A program made the position numbers and the translations under genes. A stretch of 63,710 nt of DNA, filler included, from Basidiobolus meristosporus CBS 931.73 (lineage: Eukaryota > Fungi > Basidiobolomycota), in the NCBI GenBank assembly GCA_002104905.1. It is 3 parts of 3 records of this genome, joined end to end, with 100 filler letters (N's around TTAATTAATTAA, not from the genome) between each part and the next. Parts side by side here need not be neighbours in the genome. Positions count along the whole stretch, not along the records: positions 47,640 to 63,710 come from MCFE01001132.1; 2 more parts are not named here. One strand, 5' to 3'. This document shows, in pieces, positions 56,526-63,710 of this stretch. The stretch's first letter is position 1; every line of letters begins with the position of its first letter. The notes under the pieces are model-generated. The model was given only the letters and a program-made list of their open reading frames with translations. It had not been told where the DNA came from and did not search any database.

Positions 56526-57149
56526 TCAAGTCTCAGTGGCGAGGGAGTGTTCAGGGATCTGGTGGACTTCGAAATCCAGTTGCGGCACTCCGTCCCGCAT
56601 CGATAGAATCCTTCTCCTGGCGTTGACGAACCAATCGTTGATCTTCTTGACCGGGAGCCCAGTCTTCTGGCAGAGGGTCAGCTTCTCGGCCTGGGTCGGA
56701 TACGGATTGTCGGCGTGCTCAAGGAGCCACTGCATCAAGATCTCGCGGATCTCTGGGGGATGGTTCGACCTTCGCTTTGCCTTCTTCTCGGGCTGGGGAA
56801 GGCCCTCGGTCGACTTGTCCCCTACGATGCGCGTGACCTCCTGGCTAATCATCTGCAGGGTGGTTGTCATGGTGTTCTCTGTGGTCAGGAAGCAGTTCGA
56901 GAGCTCCAGTATGTGATAGACCAAGGTGGTCAGCAGGCTGAGCAGATACTGGGTGTTGGGATCGAGTGGGGATATCTTGTGGAAGTAATGGATCGGAGGG
57001 ATTAGGCTATGCAAGGATTCGTTCATGATGGCCTCCGCCGTATCCAAGTCCCTTGTGATACTAAGCTTCGACCGCCAGAAGGCTGCCTTCAGCACCAGCG
57101 AAAACAAGGGATGCATCTCCAGCTGGCCTCGGATTTGACTTGGGTTCAT
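56526..57149 (-). CDS. TALE-class homeodomain transcription factor with MEIS/KNOX (MEINOX)-like N-terminal motifs, 207 aa
   Basis: Homeodomain with PYP loop and WFVNARRR, HPLFSLV and LVYHILEL motifs, ATG 57149 (ORF track start is GTG), TATAAAA 57271-57277. Confidence 0.9.
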   Translation of the reverse strand: MNPSQIRGQLEMHPLFSLVLKAAFWRSKLSITRDLDTAEAIMNESLHSLIPPIHYFHKISPLDPNTQYLLSLLTTLVYHILELSNCFLTTENTMTTTLQMISQEVTRIVGDKSTEGLPQPEKKAKRRSNHPPEIREILMQWLLEHADNPYPTQAEKLTLCQKTGLPVKKINDWFVNARRRILSMRDGVPQLDFEVHQIPEHSLATET

Positions 57150-58099
57150 GGTCTCTTCTCGGATATAGTACACGGCAGTTGATGGTTGGCAGATACTGGG
57201 CCGTAGCGCAAGTTATATGTGGCCGTTCTTGCTCGGATGAGTCACCTCGGTATTTGATGAGTTTGCCACCTTTTATAGGCTCTCGCGGTGCAGCGCCTGG
57301 AATACCCGTTCGCATGGGGTGGGAGGGAATCTTTCAAACGATCATTCTATTTACGACATGATTGAGCGGTTGACATGGGCCACCGTCAACGAGGTCTATT
57401 CATCGCGGGATAATGGGCCGCCACTTTGGACGCCACTCAAAGGGCACCATCAAGGGAGCTGCCTTGCATCTCTTTATGCGCACAAAGATTGCTGAGTCGA
57501 AGCAGACAAGCATCTTCTTGGAACCAGTACCACCAGGTTGACCTGGGTTCTGAGAACCTCGTTGAGATTGGACATGGTGTCACAGGGTAGGATCTCACGA
57601 CTCCTCCAAGCCCAGGCTGTTGAAGGCCATCTACGGGGGAGTGCCAGGCTTACACGCATGAAACGGCCGTCCCTCGCAGCATCTCGAATGTTCATCGAGT
57701 TGGGTTCCGGTATGTACTGTGGCAGAACTGTGCACGTGCAAAAACTTGCTTGTGGGCCATGACCCTCCGGCGCAGCTGCGCTCTCGTGTAAAACTATCAC
57801 CAGATAAGCCTAGCGATGCAGGGCCTGGTTGGTCCCGGGCCCTTGGTGCGTCGAGTCCGCAAGTGCAGGTGGGGCTGGTGTTTATTAGTTACTAATCAAG
57901 GCATCATGGTTAAGAACAGTCTAAAACGATACGCAATTACACGTCCAAGGCGGAGACTAATTGGCAGTGGAATTAAGGAAAATTAGCAATCGAACAAAAT
58001 AAAGATACACTCAAAAAAACAAATTTCCACAATCGAAATATATGAGGGGAGTGAGAATAGTATAACAATGGCGGGATAGAATGATAATTTGGGGGGGAA

Positions 58100-61000
58100 T
58101 CAGGCTTGAGTATCTTCATTGTCCTTCTCTGGACTAGGCGTCTCTACCGAATCTTGCTGTGGCGTTTCAAACACTCTATATTCCAAGCCTGCGGTCTTGA
58201 CGTGCTCCTTGACTCTAGTGGGGTTTTTCATGTCTAATGACTTTCCTATGAGCCACTGCTCACATCGCTTCTCCGACTCATCTTTGCATTTCCCGCGGGC
58301 CCAGCCAAGGTCTCCATCTAGCCATTTTCTCCACTTTTGATGCTTCGTCCGCTTCGCACATTCAAGGTCGTGGTCATGGGTAGGCTTCCTACGGCGCTTG
58401 AAGTAATCCTCTGTGTTGGCAACGAAGTAGGTCTTCAGGGTGTTCACGCATATCTTCAACTCCAAGCCACTATCCATGATTGCGTCCTGAGGCGGCTCGT
58501 TGAGGAGATTCACCGGGCGGTTCCTGGACAAGAACGGCTTGTTTTCCGGTTGCGGGACATCTTTTGTAGGAGTCAACAGGACGTAGCTGTCAATATACAT
58601 GGACCATTTTTCCTCGAGCGATACGGCGGAGTCTAACGCCGAGTCTTCTTTGCTAAGTAACTGAATCATGACGGTTTTTTTGCTATGTACATATTCGATT
58701 CTGTACAGACATTCCTCGCCTTCGATCACATTCTCCGCTTTGGAACGATACATCATTTGTTGCCGGAAACTGGTCGACTCCTGATGGGCTTCTTTGGTAA
58801 ACAGATCAATCAGATCCTTGCACTTGGGCTCAAGCACAATGGTCTGGATCTGACGTAGAATCGCCATAACTAGCTTGTCGATGGTAAATACCACGTATGC
58901 GTGGATTCCGAAAAGATACCGCATCCCTTCTTCGTAGCCCTGCTGGTCTATTTCCCCTTCGAACAGTCGGTCGACCAGGCTGAGAAACTCCTGGTAATAG
59001 TTTGCGTTGGTGTAGTCCATGTCCGCCAATACTTCCACCTTGTGTCTAAGGGACAAAGACCCGGCCACCGATTTGGTCTCTGTGTAAGGGATCTTTCGGG
59101 GAACCTTACTAGCCTTGGCCTTGATAGACTCCACGCGGGAATACAGCAACTGGTACAGTCGGAAGAAGACGTAGAACACGTTGCTACCGTAGAAATTGAA
59201 GGATGTCTTGCGCTTGGTGTCCGCCTTGGATGCTGGGATCTGGATCCAGGTGGCTGGCTCCTCCGGTTTTGGCTTTTCTTCGCTGGGCGCCTTGGTGTCT
59301 GGATTCCCTGGGTTCGCATTTGCCACCTGAGTTTCCTGGCCGTCGACTGCCATTTCATCCACAGGCTTGGATCGAGGCGAGGAAGCCGCTGAGGCTGTTG
59401 ACTCTTCATTGTCGGCATGAGCCCCGTCGGAATCGGTGTCTACACTGTTTGCGAGCGGAGCCATCTCGCCGTTAGCTAAGCCGATTCCCCCCCTCTCCGA
59501 GCCATTGACGGAGGCATCATCCTCAGACATTTGCGATTCGTTGTCGGTATCTTCGGTGCGTGCTCGGTCTAGGTGGGCATCCTTGACATATTCGTGCTCA
59601 ATCTTTTCCAAACCAAAGAACTCCTTGATGAAGTCCTTGATGAAACTCTCAATGCTGGTTTTATCGGGGCTGGAGAAACCGCTTTGCTTCGCAAGGGAGG
59701 AAAACAAGATCCGGGTGATGTCTCGGAAGATTTCGGGATCATCGAACTGGTATCTGAATTGATAATTCTGCTTCAACTCGGCTGGATTACGGTCCCGCTG
59801 CTCCCTGCGAATAGTCTCAATCTCGGTGGTGAGATACTTGGGAGTGATCAGCTTTCGGTCATTGGACTTGAATCCCACATTCTGATAATCCAGCGCTTTA
59901 TAGAAATTCTTGATGTCCACTTCACGCCAGATCCGATTCCACTCCCTCCTGGCACGCCTCCATTCCTCGTCCTTCTGCTTCAACCGTTTGAGGACAACAG
60001 GAACTGCGACAGCCGGATTGTTGTAGATACCATCAATGATCGCCGCCCCCTGCTCTTTCCCATACACCTTGTTGATCATCCGCTTATATATGCACATAGA
60101 AGGCCCCCCTAGGCCAGGTGGGAGCCTGAATTTGGCCTTCTCCTCGGCGGACATGCTCTGGATTTTTTTCACAATTGGCTCGAGAAGAGCAATGGTACTA
60201 AGGTTGGCCTCGATGTTGAGATCGTATTCGTATCTTTCTTCCTCACATTTATGCAGCTGTTCCTCGTACTGGTTCTTCTTGTGAGCCACGAACCCGGACT
60301 CCTCACTGGCCCACGTAGGATGGGAGACCCATTTGTTGTTCAGGACCTCTTCACACAGAAGATCCCTTCCGGAACACTTTACATTCGAGTCCTGTGGTAG
60401 AGAGATTAGCTGCAGCTACTGGAACTCGTTCCTAATGAAGTATACTTACAGCTTTGGGCAACAGCCGATAACTGGGCCCATACCCTTTGCAACGCAAAAG
60501 ATCCACTCTTGGCCTAGGTGGAGGAAGGTTCTCCACCACATCTTCGTTGTTGGGCTTATAATCGACGAATTTCTTGAACCATTCGAAAAGCTCCTTATTT
60601 CCACCGATGTAGGATTCCACCTTTTGCACGAGCAGGTTTTGATCCAGAATTTCCTGGCTGAATAAGTTCAGCACTTTGAGGAACTCGTTGTAGACTTGCT
60701 TATTCGCCAGGTGCTTCTTCACCCGATCAAAGAAGGTCAACTCCTCGTGAGAGGCTGGGAGCTCGTCAGTAGGCTGCGATGGTGGGTTCGGGGCCACCAC
60801 ATTGGGCATTGATTCACCTGTAGTCCATGGCTGATTGTCTTGCTTAGCGTGCTTGGGTTTTGCACCGCCGCTGGAGGCAACGTTCCTGTCGCCGATTACG
60901 TTAGCGCCCTTTCTCTTTTTGGTAGGTGCTTGAACTGCGGCTAGGGTTGGGCTCGTAGTCGGAGGTTGCGGTTGGGCAGTGTTCGAGCTGGCCGATTCGT

Positions 61001-62658
61001 GAGGGGGGGAGGACGTGATGGCGGAAATGGTAGGCTGTCTAGAGAAAGGCTCGGAGGGAGCGAGAATTGAATTAAGAGACCCAAGACTTCCTACGGGTGG
61101 TAGGCGTGGGCCAGGTCCTAATGCTATAGTATCTTCAGTTATCAAGAAGGTGGAATAAAACGCGCTCAATCATCTGTCTCATACCTGGAAGAGTGGGGGC
61201 CATTATAGGCATCATTCTTTGAGATTGATGAGGGAGGGATGGTTGTTGGTGGGGTGAAAGTGGCGGAGGGTTCCCAATCATGGGAAGCATTGGGGCAGAT
61301 AATGGAGGGCCATTGTGTGTGCTGGGACCGTTTTCGGGAAGGAATTGCTTGAATTCACCTAGTAAATCGGTGGCATTACGAAAGAGAACCTGTACTTGCG
61401 CGTAGACCTAGAAACCAAGCGATTAGGGAATTCCTGTCGTTACGTGTCAGTCGCCATACGGTGGGATCTACCTCTTGGATAGGTCTTTGCTCCTTCTGAT
61501 AGGTTTGCAGTATTTCTAGGAACTGCTTGTAAATCTCCGGCTCGGACGCGAAGCGATTCTGCAGTTGCAACGCTACTTAGTGGGGATTTGGCGCGCTTAT
61601 GAATGCCCCGGTACTCACCTTGATTTTATTGACGTAGTTGATCGCGTGGTTGAACTCGACTGGAGGTCTACGGGCGCCCGCAGCTGATAGACCACTGTTA
61701 GGGCCTGGCCCATTGGGTATATGTGGTGATGCTGAAAGCCCTTGACCAAGAGACCCGCCAGAACCATGCATTGCATGAGTAGCCATTGAGTGCGAGTGGT
61801 ACCCACCAACAGATGGCTGCGGAGGAGGTAGCTGTCCAACAGGAGGTAGCTGAGAGCCTGAAGACATAGAGCCAATTGATTGCGAGGGTGGCCCACCGTG
61901 TGAATACGATCCAACTGTGGGCGGTTGGTAGTAATGGGGGCCTGATGTAGACATGCTCGAGTTGCTGTTTACCATAGCGGAGTGAGAGTGCTGGCTAGGC
62001 TCTGGCTGACCTGAGTATTTGATAGTACCGTTGGGCGTTGTTACCCGAACACTATGAGGGTCGTACGCATTGGAGGAAATCTCAATCCTATATCCCGGAG
62101 GCAGGAATGTATTGAAGCCAGAGATAAGAGTAGGATGTCCGCGAAAAAGGTTCGATACCCTATCAATCACACCTGGAGTATCGATACTATGACAATAATG
62201 CAACAGTTAACAGTCACGCACGTTCATTCGCTCAGCTATTTCACTTACGCTTGGGTTTTGAAATCCTTCATAATGTCTAGGAAACGATTATAGACATCTG
62301 GTTTGTCATGGAATTGGATTTTCACTTGGTCCAAGTAAGATAAGGCATCTCTCACGTTCAAAGGACGGTACTCCTTGGAGCTGGGCTGGTTTGAGGGCTG
62401 GATTGACGGAGTTCTTGATCGGATGACATTTGGTGGAGGGCTGTGAACTGGAGGTGGTCGTTGGTGTTCTAAATAATTAGAGCCGATGTTGTTCATCGCA
62501 CCACTATGGTTGACGTGTGGCAGTGTGAGAGGAGGAGGAACAATTGAATGAGGAGCCATCATGGAAACTGACATAGGTGATAACTGTTGATTGTGAGAGG
62601 AATTTAGAGGAGGTAGGTAGTGGGGGAGAACACCTGGTTGGTTAGGTTGATGTAACAT
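58100..62658 (-). CDS. SIN3: Sin3 histone-deacetylase-complex scaffold, ~1417 aa, 6 exons
   Basis: PAH1-3, HID and C-terminal domain. Exons 62658-62249, 62186-61619, 61558-61472, 61407-61185, 61123-60450, 60391-58100 with 58-64 nt GT-AG introns; the sum of 4254 nt is in frame. The start codon is the least certain part. Confidence 0.96.
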
Positions 62659-63710
62659 AGAATGCGAGTTGGATCTAAAATGTTCAAAGAAAGTTGAATA
62701 AGCAATCGTGTAGGCTATGGTAGTGAATTGCGTATTGGCGAAATCCGGATTGATGAGCTCCTCATGCGCGTCAAGTCGTTTCGCGAACAATGCGCGTTTG
62801 GTATACACTAACTAAATTCAAGAAAGCAAAATGCATAAAGTACATACGAGAGTGGAGGTAGCTGGTTATTTCCTGGGACACCCCATTGAGGCTTTTCGTC
62901 TTGAGAAGAGCCAGACATGACGAGAGAGGGAAGTGTTCACCTTACTAATATATCCTGTAGGAATGACAAAACGGCTTGAGGGTAGGGAGGCTAGGTAAAC
63001 AACTAGTGACAACTGTGATAGAAAGAGAAAAAAAAGAACTGTCAGTAAATTTCAGACTCCCGGATATATTTGCTAGAGCTCGATTAATTTCAAGAGGATT
63101 GGTTGGCTATTCTATCGGCGAACTGCTCAGAATGTGATCATATGAACTAAACAGGACTTGTTCCCACTTAAACCAGGGTCACAAATCACAATTGAGGGTA
63201 CCCATACATACTACGTAGTAGCATTAGATCTGGAATGAGATGGGAGGTTGCGTATGTATATCTGTTGTGGAGATCTTCAAGGGGTCGGACGGCACATTTT
63301 AGAACGAAAGTTGTTCAACGGTGTTACTTCCACATGCACCTAGGATTGCCTCTCTGGGCCAATCAAGCCGAGCATAAGTGAATCTGTCGATTACATTTAA
63401 TTTCGCTACCCTTATTCAGAATCCTTTTCGATAGTGAAGTCACCAGAGATCGTTCTGAGCCAGCCCACCATATTGGCTAATAAGTGGGCGATGATATCTG
63501 CGATCATATCCAGAAACAAGGAAAACAATTCTTGAGAGCAGTCACCTGGAACATCCGATCAACTCCACCCCCAACACGATAGGCAGCCCTCCTGGAGATA
63601 CGAAATCACATGAAATCATCAACTTGTGAGAAGAACGCCAGTAAACCCACATCCGGGAACTGGCCAGCCATCCGCTCCAGCCACTTCACTAGAGACGATT
63701 GGCTGTGTTG

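Noticed and set aside
57474-57800. 108-aa and 74-aa ORFs between the TALE gene and SIN3
   Set aside because: No recognisable domain or expression signals, and compatible with chance in GC-richer DNA.
62659-62918. Extra 5' coding exon for SIN3 (ATG 62918, GTATGT donor 62847, acceptor 62808)
   Set aside because: The join is out of frame (stop within ~12 codons) and the 40-nt intron is shorter than the 58-64 nt seen elsewhere in the gene.
63520-63600. LRAVTWNIR, resembling the start of an APE/EEP nuclease
   Set aside because: In-frame stop seven codons later and no further motifs within the window.

Overview
Fungal genomic DNA. The TTAGGG telomere, ~60-nt GT-AG introns, SIN3 and a MEIS-like TALE gene suggest an early-diverging fungus, possibly Zoopagomycota/Basidiobolus-like (inference only). 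The window is three contigs joined by artificial 100-nt N44-TTAATTAATTAA-N44 linkers (26762-26861, 47540-47639), so adjacency across them is meaningless. Contig 1 (1-26761) is a right chromosome end. It holds LTR relics, an accessory cluster (bacterial-type GH24 lysozyme, 3 copies of a 93-aa and 4 copies of a 79-aa secreted Cys-rich peptide gene, 2 tRNA-Arg, an MpaB/DUF2236 oxygenase, a 628-aa secreted Gly/Asn-repeat protein), then a ~5.6 kb subtelomeric array and ~200 nt of (TTAGGG)n. The array is the most unusual system here. Different modules (a LINE-type RT gene, a separate ORF1/gag-like gene, a tRNA-headed SINE-like non-coding unit, short fragments) are stacked head-to-tail. All face away from the telomere, all end in the same hairpin-containing 3' motif, and each junction has a short TTAGGG seed. 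This reads as a segmented, telomere-primed retroelement system. Contig 2 (26862-47539) is a nest of decayed Ty1/copia (two families) and Ty3/gypsy elements with readable TSDs. Contig 3 (47640-63710) has more copia, including one inserted into its own family's LTR, then a MEINOX-type TALE homeobox gene and a 6-exon SIN3 gene. Repeats are strongly CpG-depleted and host genes are not.
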